Source: Planctomycetota bacterium (GTDB lineage: Bacteria; Planctomycetota; UBA1135; UBA2386). Taken from it: a DNA stretch of 64,000 nt. The stretch covers positions 8,066 through 72,065 of the forward strand of contig JACRLW010000103.1 in assembly GCA_016235155.1 (NCBI GenBank). Direction: 5' to 3'. The notes under the pieces were generated by a model. The model was not told the DNA's origin. It saw only the letters and a program-made list of their open reading frames with translations, and ran no database searches. The translations under genes and the position numbers were made by a program. Positions 19,357 through 29,606 of this stretch are shown in pieces. Each line of letters starts with the position of its first letter. The stretch's first letter is position 1.

Positions 19357-20985
19357 TCAGTCGCCGAACCGGAACTCGATCCGGTCCGAGGCGACCAGGC
19401 CCGCCGGATTGGCGAGGGAGTCGACCGCGACGGTCTGGAAGGCCATCGCAAGCCCGATGATCGCCGGGACGTTGGGAACGATGAACGGACCGATGTTCGC
19501 GACTCCCGCGCCGTCCGACGAGGTGAAGATGTTGAAGCCGTCGGTCGTCGCGTAGGCGGTGCAGCCGGTCATGCCCAGCGCCGTGAGCGGGATCGCCGCC
19601 GGCATCCCGAGATTCATCACGACGGGAGTCGACGCGAGCGCATTGCGCGCCGCGAAACCGACGGACTGCGAGAGGCGCGGACAACCGGTGAGGTACGCCC
19701 GGATCCGATTGCCCGCGCTGCCAAGACACGCGATGCCGGAGCGGGTCACGCGCGGCGGCGCGCCGGTGAAGCCGAGGTCGTACAGGCGCGCGAAGCCGAC
19801 GTTGGTGCCGACGAAGGGTGAGTCCTCGCGGGACGCGACGACCACGTCGGGATGGCCGTCGCCGTCGGCGTCGCCGACGCCCGCGATCGAGTAGCCCTTG
19901 GTCGGACTGACCGCGGCGTTCAACGTGACGCCGGTGAGTTGCGCGAGGACGGCGCCGCTGGTTCCCGACCGCGCGATGAGGTTCACGGTGGCGTTCAAGA
20001 GGCCCGTGAGTTCGAGCGTCACGAGGTCTTGGATGCAGTCGCCGTTCACGTCGCCGGCCGTCGCGAAGATCTCCGCGCCGATCGGGGTCCAGGAGGCGAG
20101 GAGCGAACCGTTCGCGCCGCTGCGGATCTGCGACAGCGCCGAGCCCGCCGCCGTCGAGATCGCGTAGTCGTCGCGGCCGTCCTGGTTCACATCGCCGACG
20201 AACGCGATCGAGTGGAGCGTGTCGAGGGACCCGAGCGCGTGCGTCGTGAGCAGGCTGCCGTCGGACCCGGAGCGGACGTAGACGCTCGGGCCGCCCGAGG
20301 TACCGATCGCCGCCGCGACGAGGAAGTCGCGGACGCCGTCGCCGTTCGCATCACCCCGCCCGGCGAGCTGCGTGCCGAGGCGCTGGCCGGCGGTGCCGAC
20401 GAAGGCCGGCACGATCAGCGCCTGCGTGGCGCCGGAGACGAGCTCCACGCGACCCGGAACCGCGGTCGACGTCGACGCTGCGACGACGAAGTCGGGAACG
20501 CCGTCGAGGTCGACGTCGCCGACCGCGGCGAGCTGCGATCCGTAGCCGAGACCGGGAGAGCCGAGCACGGTGAAGAGGAGTGACCCGGTCATCCCCGAGT
20601 AAGCGCGGACCGAGCCGGCCCCCGCTCCTCCCGTCGCGTCGCCGGGCGCCGACACCGCGAAGTCCGCGCGGCCGTCCAGGTCGAGGTCGCCGAGCATCGC
20701 AACGCGAGTCCCGAACCCCGAACCGGTCGCTGGTCCGTGCAGGATCCAGATCACCGCGCCGGTCGAGCCGGAGAGCACGCGGGCCGTACCGAAGGTCGGA
20801 CCGCCGACGCTCGAGTTCGAACTGCCGACGATCACGTCGGGGCGGCCGTCGCCGTCGACGTCGTGACCGCCGTCGACGCTGTTGCCGAGGCGTTCGCCGG
20901 CCGTCCCCGCGAAGTTCCAGAGCGCGGTCGGTGTCTGAGCATCCGCGAGACTCGCGGCGAGGGCGAACAGGACGATCACGCGCAT
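19357..20985 (-). CDS. Secreted FG-GAP (integrin-alpha-like) repeat protein with conserved C-terminal domain
   Basis: Signal peptide; about seven GDxxxDGxxD repeats. Confidence 0.9.
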   Translation of the reverse strand: MRVIVLFALAASLADAQTPTALWNFAGTAGERLGNSVDGGHDVDGDGRPDVIVGSSNSSVGGPTFGTARVLSGSTGAVIWILHGPATGSGFGTRVAMLGDLDLDGRADFAVSAPGDATGGAGAGSVRAYSGMTGSLLFTVLGSPGLGYGSQLAAVGDVDLDGVPDFVVAASTSTAVPGRVELVSGATQALIVPAFVGTAGQRLGTQLAGRGDANGDGVRDFLVAAAIGTSGGPSVYVRSGSDGSLLTTHALGSLDTLHSIAFVGDVNQDGRDDYAISTAAGSALSQIRSGANGSLLASWTPIGAEIFATAGDVNGDCIQDLVTLELTGLLNATVNLIARSGTSGAVLAQLTGVTLNAAVSPTKGYSIAGVGDADGDGHPDVVVASREDSPFVGTNVGFARLYDLGFTGAPPRVTRSGIACLGSAGNRIRAYLTGCPRLSQSVGFAARNALASTPVVMNLGMPAAIPLTALGMTGCTAYATTDGFNIFTSSDGAGVANIGPFIVPNVPAIIGLAMAFQTVAVDSLANPAGLVASDRIEFRFGD

Positions 20986-21249
20986 CGCGAGCGCGCGCTT
21001 CTGGTCGGGGGAGGATCGCATGGTTCGGTGGCGAGCGGGACGGAGGAAGAGGACCGAGCCGAGGACGGCGAGCAGCGCGGACCGGCTCGCGTTCGGGCGC
21101 CGCGCGGGGGTCATGGCGCAGGAGCGGGTCCGCTTTCCCCTCCGCGACGATCCGATGTTTGGTCGCTATCCTCCGGCGCTCGCGTCGAACCCTTGGCGCG
21201 GCCAACGACCTCCGCGCCGAACGCAGCGCGCGGGCCCTCCCTGCGAACG

Positions 21250-23373
21250 ATGAGCTCCGCGACGACGTCCGATTCGCTCCACCGCGATCCCGCCGCCGAT
21301 CCCAACCCGCTCCTCGGTCCGCTCCACGCGCTGCCGCGCTTCGACGTGATCCTGGCCGGGCACGTCGAGCCGGCGATCCGCACCCTGGTCGCCGATCTCG
21401 ACGTCGCGCTTTCGCGACTCGAGTCGAACGTGCGTCCGGACTGGGAAGGTCTCGTCGATCCGCTCGAGCGACTCGTCGAACCGTTGCGCCTCGCGTGGGG
21501 CGCGGCCGGTCACCTGATGGGCGTGAAGAACTCGCCGGAGCTGCGCACGGCGTACGAGACCGTGCAACCGGACGTCGTCCGCGCCTGGACCCGCATCGGG
21601 CAGAGCCGGCCGCTGCACGAAGCGAGCAAGGCGATGCGGGCGTCGAGTGCGTGGGCGACGCTGTCGGACGCGCAGCGGCGCATCGTCGAGAAGATGATCC
21701 TCGACGCCGAACTCTCCGGCGTGGGTCTCGACGGTCCCGCGAAGGAGCGCTTCAACGCGATCCAGCGTGAACTCGCCGATCTCGCCACGCGCTTCGGCAA
21801 CCACGTCCTCGACGCGACCAAGGCCTTCGCGCTCGATCTCGCCGATCCGCGGGACGTCGACGGCCTGCCGGAGAGCCTGCTGCAACTCGCGGCCAAGGCC
21901 GCGCGCGAGTCCGGCCGGACCGAGGCGAGCGCCGAACTCGGACCGTGGCGGATCACGCTCGACGCGCCGATCTCGGGCCCGTTCCTGCAGCACAGCAAGC
22001 GGCGCGAGCTGCGCGAACGCGTCTACCGGGCGTGGATCGCACGCGCGAGTTCCGGCGAGTTCGACAACACGCCGTTGATCGACCGCATCCTCGCACTCCG
22101 TGACGAGAAGGCGAAGCTGCTCGGCTTTCGTGACTTCGCGGCGTTGAGTCTCGCGAGCAAGATGGCGCGCAGCGCGGACGACGTGCTGGTGCTGCTCGAG
22201 GAACTACGGGCGAAGGCGATGCCCGCCGCGCGGAAGGACTTCGAGGAACTCGTCGCGTTCGCGCGCACGCGCGGCGAGAACGACGTGAAGCACTGGGACC
22301 TCGCGTTCTGGGCCGAACGCCTCCGCGAGGACCGTTTCGCGTTCAGCGAGGAGGACCTTCGGCCCTACTTCCCCTTGCCGAAGGTCCTCGACGGTCTCTT
22401 CGCGCTGGCGGAGCGCTTGTTCGACGTGCGCATCGTCGCCGCCGACGGCGAGACCCCGGTGTGGCACGACGACGTCCGCTTCTTCCGCATCCTCGACGCC
22501 GGCGGCTCGCCGCGCGCCGCGTTCTTCCTCGATCCCTATTCGCGTCCCGCCGAGAAGCGCGGCGGCGCGTGGATGGACGACGGTCTCGTGCGCAGCAAGC
22601 TGTTCGCGCCGCCCGGCGAACGCGTGCGCCTGCCGGTCGCGCACCTGGTGTGCAACGGCACGCCGCCGGTCGGCGAGCGACCGTCGCTGATGACCTTCCG
22701 CGAGGTCGAGACGCTCTTCCACGAGTTCGGCCACGGCTTGCAACACATGCTCACGACCGTCGACCACGAGTCGGCGGCGGGGATCAACGGCGTCGAGTGG
22801 GACGCCGTCGAGTTGCCGAGCCAGTTCATGGAGAACTGGTGCTACCACGAGCCCACGTTGATGGGCCTCTCGAGCCACTGGCAGACCGGGGCACAGCTGC
22901 CTCGCGCGCTGTTCGACAAGATCCAGGCCGCGCGCACCTTCCGCGCCGGGAGCGACACGCTGCGGCAGGTCTACTTCGCCTGCACCGACCTCGCGCTGCA
23001 CCACGATCACGAGCCGTCGCGCGACGGCACCCCGTTCGATGTGATGCGCAAGGTCGCCGATCGCACGACCGTGCTGCCGCCGCTCCCCGAAGACCGTTTC
23101 CTCTGCTCGTTCACCCACGTCTTCGCCGGCGGCTACGCAGCGGGCTACTACAGCTACAAGTGGGCCGAGGTCCTCAGCGCCGACGCGTTCGGCGCCTTCG
23201 AAGAAGCCGGCCTCGACGATCCCGCCGCCGTGCGCCGCACCGGCCGCCGCTTCCGCGACACGGTGCTCGCGCTCGGCGGCAGCCGCCACCCGATGGACGT
23301 CTTCGAACAGTTCCGCGGCCGCAAGCCGTCGACCGAAGCCTTGCTCCGGCACTCGGGACTCACGGCGGGTTGA
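21250..23373 (+). CDS. prlC: Oligopeptidase A (M3A)
   Basis: KRGGAWMD, FHEFGHGLQH, WDAVELPSQFMENW, GGYAAGYYSYKWAEVL. Confidence 0.95.
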   Translation: MSSATTSDSLHRDPAADPNPLLGPLHALPRFDVILAGHVEPAIRTLVADLDVALSRLESNVRPDWEGLVDPLERLVEPLRLAWGAAGHLMGVKNSPELRTAYETVQPDVVRAWTRIGQSRPLHEASKAMRASSAWATLSDAQRRIVEKMILDAELSGVGLDGPAKERFNAIQRELADLATRFGNHVLDATKAFALDLADPRDVDGLPESLLQLAAKAARESGRTEASAELGPWRITLDAPISGPFLQHSKRRELRERVYRAWIARASSGEFDNTPLIDRILALRDEKAKLLGFRDFAALSLASKMARSADDVLVLLEELRAKAMPAARKDFEELVAFARTRGENDVKHWDLAFWAERLREDRFAFSEEDLRPYFPLPKVLDGLFALAERLFDVRIVAADGETPVWHDDVRFFRILDAGGSPRAAFFLDPYSRPAEKRGGAWMDDGLVRSKLFAPPGERVRLPVAHLVCNGTPPVGERPSLMTFREVETLFHEFGHGLQHMLTTVDHESAAGINGVEWDAVELPSQFMENWCYHEPTLMGLSSHWQTGAQLPRALFDKIQAARTFRAGSDTLRQVYFACTDLALHHDHEPSRDGTPFDVMRKVADRTTVLPPLPEDRFLCSFTHVFAGGYAAGYYSYKWAEVLSADAFGAFEEAGLDDPAAVRRTGRRFRDTVLALGGSRHPMDVFEQFRGRKPSTEALLRHSGLTAG

Positions 23374-24401
23374 GCAGCGTACGGGTCAGAGCACCCACGC
23401 CGACGGCGCGGATCCTCTCACCGAGCACGAAGACGTCGTCGCCCGGCCAGATGACGTCGAGGCGCTCCAGTTCGAGGTGCTCGAGGGCGCTGCGCATCGA
23501 GGGCGTCACCTTCGGCGCAGACGTGTGCTTGATCTCGAAGCCGATGCGGCGCGCGCCGCGGACGAACAGGAAGTCCAGTTCGGCGCCGCCGTGCAGCCCC
23601 CACGAGAAGCACTCCTCGTCCTCGGCATCGAGCAGCCGGACGACCTGCACGGACTTCGCGCTTCGCGAGGTTCTGGAACCACGGCGGCAGCCGCCGCGCC
23701 ATGAAGGTGTCGCAGAGGATGTCGAGGTAGCTGCGTACGGCGTGCTCCCCCACTCCGAACGCGCGCGCGAGTTCGGCGCCGTTCCAGATCTGACCGTGGT
23801 AGTGCGCGAGCATCGTCCAGAAGCGGCGGATCGTCCCACTCGGTACACGGATCCCGAGTTCCGCGATGTCGCGCTCGAGAAAGGTGCGCGCAAAGCTCTG
23901 TCGCCATCGTCTGCTCGCCTCGTCGTCGTCCGCGAGGAACGACGGCGGGAAGCCACCGCGCATCCAGAGCGTGCGCCAGTTCGCCGTACCGGCTTCGTCG
24001 AGATCGAACGGGTCGAGGCGATGGAACGCGATGCGGCCGGCGAGCGACTCGCTCGCCTGGCGCAGCAGTCGAGGCGACGCGCTGCCGAGCAGGAGGAAAC
24101 GCGCCGGCAGCGGCCTGCGATCGGCGAGCACGCGCAGGATCGGGAACAGCTCGGGAGCGCGCTGCACTTCGTCGATGACGACCAGCCCCGTCAGTCGATC
24201 GAGGACCAACTTGGGATCGCCAAGTCGAGCGAGGTCCGTGGGATCCTCGAGATCGAAGGTCGTGGCGTCGGGTGCGGTTTCCTGCACGATCTGCCGGGCG
24301 AGGGTCGTCTTCCCCGCCTGGCGTGGACCGAGGATGGCGACCGCGGCGAACTGCCTGAGGAGCCCGAGGATCGTGTCGATCTGGTGCCGGCGACCGAGCA
24401 T
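23360..24401 (-). pseudogene. AAA ATPase / DUF4143 protein, internally deleted and frameshifted
   Basis: GPRQAGKTT, IDEVQ, ESLAGR, GGFP in one frame to about 23650; C-terminus GAELDFL..IGFEIK in another frame; the usual SPKxYxRDSG segment is absent. Confidence 0.8.
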
Positions 24402-24416
24402 GGATGGCCTTCTACC

Positions 24417-24449
24417 ATGAAATCCTGCGGGTAGAGCGCAGGATTTCAT
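24417..24449. promoter_or_regulatory. Perfect 13-bp inverted repeat, candidate operator
   Basis: ATGAAATCCTGCG-ggtagag-CGCAGGATTTCAT, 15 nt upstream of the AAA/DUF4143 start. Confidence 0.55.
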
Positions 24450-24712
24450 ACCTGGGCCTGGTCGTCCCGACCACGACGGGTCGGGATTCTCCGCTGCGTC
24501 GGGGTCCTCGGGAAACGGCCTGTCATCGATCGCACACGCGCCCAAGGGGAGATCCGAGCGGCATCGTGCAGGTCTCGAACGAATCGAAGCGACGGCGCGA
24601 GGAATCGACGCCCGAACGCGGGGAGACGCGGCACGGACTTCATCGCGGCACATCCGTTGCCCTGCGCGGCGCCCACCGCGCGAGCGAGTCCCCGCTCGCG
24701 TCCCTCCCCTCG

Positions 24713-26083
24713 ATGACCATGACGACGTCTCGCATCGCGTTTGCGTCTCTCCTCCTCTCCACCGTCGCGACGGCCCAGGTCCCCGACGGTTGGTACGCCT
24801 GGACGGCGTTCGGCACCGCCGGGCGCAGCGGCATCTTTCTCTCGCACCCGCGCACGCCTTCGATGCCGATCGCGGTCGAAGGCTTGAACCCCGACCTGCT
24901 GTACGTGCCCGGCGGTCGTGCCGGCGGCGCGTGCATCCTGGTGCGATCGTCCGACGGCGCCCTGATCGCCGGCGAACGCGCCGCGGTCGGCAACAGCGTC
25001 GACCTCCACGTGATCCGGTTGAACGGCGTGAGCGTCGCCTTCGACCAGCTCTTCAGCGTGGGCACCGCCGGGCCTGCCGGCGAGATCCCGCAAGCCGCGC
25101 TGATGCCCGACGGTCGCGTGCTGGTCGCGGCGACCGATCTCGTGCAGGGTCCGCTCGCGAACGTGCCGACCGCCAACTACGGGATGGAAGGAGTGGGCAT
25201 CGTCGATCTCCGCGGTGGCGCGGTGACGCCGGTGCCGATCGCGAATCCCGCCGTGTTCCAGAGCGGCGTGTTCAACGGGATCACGCTCTCGGCCGACGGC
25301 ACGACGGCCTACATCGCGAACTACGTGTCGTCGACGCTCGGGGAGGTCTGGGCCCTGCCGGTCCCCGCGGGCGGCGCCGCGACGCTGCTCACCACGGTGC
25401 CGGCCGGCATCTCGAACGTCGGCCTCGATCTGAACGGCGACCTGATGATCGTCTCGCTCAACGGACCGCCGAACTGCTGGCGCTGGGACTTCGCCACGCA
25501 GACGCAGACGGCGATCACGACCGGCACCGGGCCGCTCAACGCGATCGGGCTCGAGTCCGTGACGGGCATGTTCCCGTTGTGCACCGCGAACGCCGGCACG
25601 CCGATCCGCTCGATCCTCTGGATGGACCCGAGCGGAACGACTTCGCTGCTGGCGACGCCCGGCTACGGCACGCCGTCGGGCATCGCGGCCCGCGACAACC
25701 CGCGCACCTTCGGCGTCGCGACGGCGAGCGCAGACGTCTACCTCTGGAAGCTGCGCCCGAACCAGGGCGGCCTGCCGACCGTCGGCAACGCGGGCTTCAG
25801 CCTGACGATGGAGGCCGGCAACCCCAACGCGATCCTGTTCGGCGGCGTGTTGCTCGGACTCGCGAAGGCGGCCACTCCCGTCAACGTCGCCGGAGTCGAC
25901 GTGCTGCTCGACCCGGCCCTGATCGTGTGGGCCGGCGTGCTCGGTGCGAGCGCCACGCAGTTCCTGCCGCTCGGCATCCCGAACGACGCGTCGCTCGCCG
26001 GTGCCTCGTTGTTCGCACAGGGCATCCACGTGTCGCAGACCGGCCTGATCGGCACGAACGGCCTCGAGTTCACGATCCTCTGA
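24713..26083 (+). CDS. Secreted beta-rich (propeller-like) protein with conserved C-terminal domain
   Basis: Signal peptide ending ATA-Q; ends IPNDASLAGASLFAQG...TNGLEFTIL. Confidence 0.82.
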   Translation: MTMTTSRIAFASLLLSTVATAQVPDGWYAWTAFGTAGRSGIFLSHPRTPSMPIAVEGLNPDLLYVPGGRAGGACILVRSSDGALIAGERAAVGNSVDLHVIRLNGVSVAFDQLFSVGTAGPAGEIPQAALMPDGRVLVAATDLVQGPLANVPTANYGMEGVGIVDLRGGAVTPVPIANPAVFQSGVFNGITLSADGTTAYIANYVSSTLGEVWALPVPAGGAATLLTTVPAGISNVGLDLNGDLMIVSLNGPPNCWRWDFATQTQTAITTGTGPLNAIGLESVTGMFPLCTANAGTPIRSILWMDPSGTTSLLATPGYGTPSGIAARDNPRTFGVATASADVYLWKLRPNQGGLPTVGNAGFSLTMEAGNPNAILFGGVLLGLAKAATPVNVAGVDVLLDPALIVWAGVLGASATQFLPLGIPNDASLAGASLFAQGIHVSQTGLIGTNGLEFTIL

Positions 26084-26088
26084 TCCCG

Positions 26089-28698
26089 ATGCCGACCTCG
26101 CTCCGCGTCGCACTCCGTTCGTTCGCCGTCGTTTCGCTCGCCGTGTCGGGCGCGCTCGCGCAGACCGTCGCCGCGAACGGGAAGCCGACCGACGGCGAGG
26201 TGCCGCTCGCCTGTGCTCCGGACTGGACCGCGTTCCTCGTGCACGACGCGGGCGCGGGCATCTGGACGGTGAAGTCGTTCGACGTGCTGCCTTGGTACGG
26301 CTGCCCGGAGATCGTCGGGATGGACGACAAGGGGCGCTGCACGATCCTCAGCTCGTACTCGGGCAAGTGGACGCCGAACGACACCGTCTTCGACGGCCAG
26401 TGGCTCGCGCCGGTCGGCCACGCGGACGTGGATCCGCGTCGCGAGGGCAAGGAGCTCTACGTCGGCGGCAAGAGCGGCAACCTCTACCAGCTCGCGCTGC
26501 GCGGCGAACACGAGTGGGACAAGCTCGAGATCGCGCACTGGACCGAAGAGATCCACACGATCGTCGCCGGCGAACTGCGGCCGGAGCGTCCCGGCGCGGA
26601 GTTGGTCGCGTTCCTGAAGAACGGCGACGTCTTCGAACTCGTCGCCGGCGGGGCGCAGGGCTTCGCGAGCCAGCGGCTCGGCACGCTACCGGGTCGCGTG
26701 CGTGATGCGGTGGTCGTCCCGGGGCGTGAAGCGGGCGCAGCGCCGCGGATCGTCACGGTCAGTCGCGCGGGCGAGGTCGCGATGATCGAGCTGCGCGGCG
26801 ACGGACTCGCGCGCACGGTGATGCTGCAGGAGCCGATGGGCTTCGGGCGCGTCGCGCGACGACCGCCGCGCGCGGGTCGGGGCGAAGTGTTCTACATCAC
26901 GCGCGACGACGGGCTCGTGCTGCGGCTGGAGGAGCGCGCCGACGGCAGCTTTGCGCGCAACGAGGTCTATGCGGGACCGCAGGGACTGCGCGGCGTCGCG
27001 GCCGGGCGCTTCACGAACGATCCGACGGACGAGTGCGTCGCAGTGTTCGGGTACTCCGCGCGCGTGCAGTTGCTCGTGCGCAAGGGCGAGGGTCCCTGGC
27101 ACGTGAGCGACCTGTTCACCGACCTCGACCGCGGGCACTGGCTCGACGTCGCGGAACTCGACGGGCGCAACGGCACCGACGAACTGATCGCGTCGGGTTA
27201 CGGCGGTCGCATCGTGCTGCTCGCGCGACCGCCGGGTTACGCGCTCGGCGGCGTGGCGACCGATCCGGTTCCGGCGCTCGGCGGGAAGCCCATCGCGCGC
27301 ATCGCCGCGAAGATCAACGAGCCCGGCGTGCGCGAGCTGTCGCCGCTGTGCTACCAGGGCGGCTTCGAGTCGAAGACCGCGGTGTACGAGACGCTGGTGC
27401 GTCGCGATTCAAAGGGTCGCATCGCGCCCGCGCTCGCCGCGTCGTGGCGGATCAGCGACGACGGCCGCACGACGACGTTCGTGCTGCGCGAGGATGCGCG
27501 GTTCCACGACGGCACTCCGGTGACGAGCAGGGACGTCGCCGTGCACATGAAGCGCTGGGTCGGATTGCCCGAGCATGCCTGGCTCCGTTCGAGCGATCGG
27601 ATCGTCGCGATCGAGGCGCTGACCGATCGCGAGCTGCGCGTCACCTGCGATCGGCCCGTCGCGTTGCTGCCGGATCTCTGTGCGATCAACCCCTGCGCGA
27701 TCCGGGCTCCGGCGGCGCTCGATCGTGAGGGTGCCTTCGTGCGCGCGGTGGGCAGCGGGCCGTTCACGGCGCTCGGCTGGTCGAGGGATCAACGCACGCT
27801 GCGGCTCGCGCGTGCGACGCGACCGAGTGCGCTGCTCGATCTCGTGCGCAGCGGCGACGACGACCCGCTCGCGATGCTGCGCAAGGGCGAAGTCGACGTC
27901 GTCGCGAGCAGTTGGCTCGTGAAGATCGACCCGAGGATCCTCGCCGAGCTTCGTCGCGACGCGGGCTACGTCATCCGCGAGGGCCCGGGCTCCGCGGTGC
28001 GCTACCTGAGCTTTGCGATCGACGGCGGACGCATGGGCGACGTCGCGCTGCGCCGCCGCGTGGCGAACGCGATCGATCGCGCCGCATTGGTCTTGGACGT
28101 CGAAGCGGGCTTCGCCGATCCGTGCACGGCATGGGCCGCGCCGAGCGTGTCGATCTGGCCGCAGCCCGCGGTCCGCGCGCGCGACGCGTCGCTCGCGACG
28201 GTGCTTGCGCTCACGACTCCGCTGCGGCTGGCGGCACCGCCGTCGATGCTCGATCTCGCGCGCGCGGTCGGCGGACAGCTCGGGCGCGACGGAATCGCGG
28301 TCGACGTCGTCGAGACGATCCCCCGCGGCGCGGAAGTCGAAGCCGACCTGCGGATCGAGACGACCTGGGGCGTGCCCTACGACCCCGAGCTCTCGCTGAT
28401 CGCACGCTTCGGCAAGCCGCTCGCGCAACCGAGTGCGGCGAGCCCGCGCGCGCGATCCGTCGACCCGCGCGTCCAAGCGCTCGTCGAGCAGCTCGTCGCG
28501 ACGCCGCAGGAGAAGGACCGCGAGGTGCTGTTCGCGCGGATCCAGACGCTCCTCGACGAAGAGGTCCTGATCGTGCCGCTCTACGCGCAGCGCCGCGCGA
28601 CGATCGTGCGCGCGGGACTGCCCGAACCGCCGGTCCCCGACCACGACCTCTATCGCGCGGACTGGACCTTCCTCACCGACCGTGCCACTCCGCGGTGA
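26089..28698 (+). CDS. Fusion: FG-GAP-like repeat domain plus family 5 (NikA-like) substrate-binding domain
   Basis: Signal peptide; VYETLV...PALAASW.ISDDG...FHDGTP; NikA-like HAWL and TWGVPYDP. Confidence 0.82.
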   Translation: MPTSLRVALRSFAVVSLAVSGALAQTVAANGKPTDGEVPLACAPDWTAFLVHDAGAGIWTVKSFDVLPWYGCPEIVGMDDKGRCTILSSYSGKWTPNDTVFDGQWLAPVGHADVDPRREGKELYVGGKSGNLYQLALRGEHEWDKLEIAHWTEEIHTIVAGELRPERPGAELVAFLKNGDVFELVAGGAQGFASQRLGTLPGRVRDAVVVPGREAGAAPRIVTVSRAGEVAMIELRGDGLARTVMLQEPMGFGRVARRPPRAGRGEVFYITRDDGLVLRLEERADGSFARNEVYAGPQGLRGVAAGRFTNDPTDECVAVFGYSARVQLLVRKGEGPWHVSDLFTDLDRGHWLDVAELDGRNGTDELIASGYGGRIVLLARPPGYALGGVATDPVPALGGKPIARIAAKINEPGVRELSPLCYQGGFESKTAVYETLVRRDSKGRIAPALAASWRISDDGRTTTFVLREDARFHDGTPVTSRDVAVHMKRWVGLPEHAWLRSSDRIVAIEALTDRELRVTCDRPVALLPDLCAINPCAIRAPAALDREGAFVRAVGSGPFTALGWSRDQRTLRLARATRPSALLDLVRSGDDDPLAMLRKGEVDVVASSWLVKIDPRILAELRRDAGYVIREGPGSAVRYLSFAIDGGRMGDVALRRRVANAIDRAALVLDVEAGFADPCTAWAAPSVSIWPQPAVRARDASLATVLALTTPLRLAAPPSMLDLARAVGGQLGRDGIAVDVVETIPRGAEVEADLRIETTWGVPYDPELSLIARFGKPLAQPSAASPRARSVDPRVQALVEQLVATPQEKDREVLFARIQTLLDEEVLIVPLYAQRRATIVRAGLPEPPVPDHDLYRADWTFLTDRATPR

Positions 28699-29587
28699 GG
28701 TCCATCCACAGGGCGAGCCCGCGAAAGATCGAAAAGCGCGCGTACTCCGTCGCGAACCAACGGTCGCTCGGCGGGCGCTTGCGTCCGAGCAGGGTCGCCA
28801 TGCGCGCGCGGCACCACGAGTCGAGTGCCAGGTCTTCGAAGTGCCCGAGGCCGCGCAGCGCGTGGCCGACGGCGTAGGGACCGAAACCCGGCAGCGCGAG
28901 CAGGCGCTTGCGGAGTTCGTCGGCCCCGAGCGCGGGATCCTCGAAGGTCGCGGCGTCGAGCACACCGCTCGCGAAGGCCTCGGCGAGCAGGCGGCACGAC
29001 TTCGCGCGGTAGCCGGTGCGCACGACGTCGCGCCAGAACGACTCGGGCTGCGCGGCGCAGGTCGCGGCACTCGGGAACGCGCGACGACCCGAGGGTGCGC
29101 AGGGACCGAGCGCGTCGATCGTGCGCGCGCACATCAGCCGCGTCGCCGCCCACGAGCAGTTGGTCGTGAACAGGATGCGCAGCAGGTCCTCGAACAGCGT
29201 CGCGGACTGCATCAGATGACCCGCGCGCTTCTTCGGCACCCAGGCGAGGCGTTCGTGGCGCGCGCACTCGGTCCAGAATGCGGTGAGGTCGACGTCCAGG
29301 CGGAGGATGCGGCGCAAGGCTCCGCGCAGGTGAGCACCTTCGTCGCGCGTCAGCCGCTGCGCGGATTCCACGCGCGCGGCGACACCGTCTTCGACGCCGG
29401 TGATCGCCACGTCGACCGCGCGTTGCGCGTCGATCGCGAGCGTCGTGGTCAGACTTCCCGCCGCCTCATCCCATGCGTGCGGCGCCAGGTCGTACCAGCC
29501 GTGCCCGTGGACCGCGACGCGCAGGTCGTACGGGCCGCGGGCGCGGAGACGCCAACTCGTCTTCGCGCACGTACCCTGACGCGTCAC
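28673..29587 (-). CDS. HhH-GPD DNA glycosylase (AlkA/Ogg-like)
   Basis: LFEDLLRILFTTNCSW, TGYRAK, HhH LLALPGFGPYA...LALDSW. Confidence 0.85.
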   Translation of the reverse strand: MTRQGTCAKTSWRLRARGPYDLRVAVHGHGWYDLAPHAWDEAAGSLTTTLAIDAQRAVDVAITGVEDGVAARVESAQRLTRDEGAHLRGALRRILRLDVDLTAFWTECARHERLAWVPKKRAGHLMQSATLFEDLLRILFTTNCSWAATRLMCARTIDALGPCAPSGRRAFPSAATCAAQPESFWRDVVRTGYRAKSCRLLAEAFASGVLDAATFEDPALGADELRKRLLALPGFGPYAVGHALRGLGHFEDLALDSWCRARMATLLGRKRPPSDRWFATEYARFSIFRGLALWMDLTAEWHGR

Positions 29588-29606
29588 AGCGCGAACCGGG
29601 TCGCCC

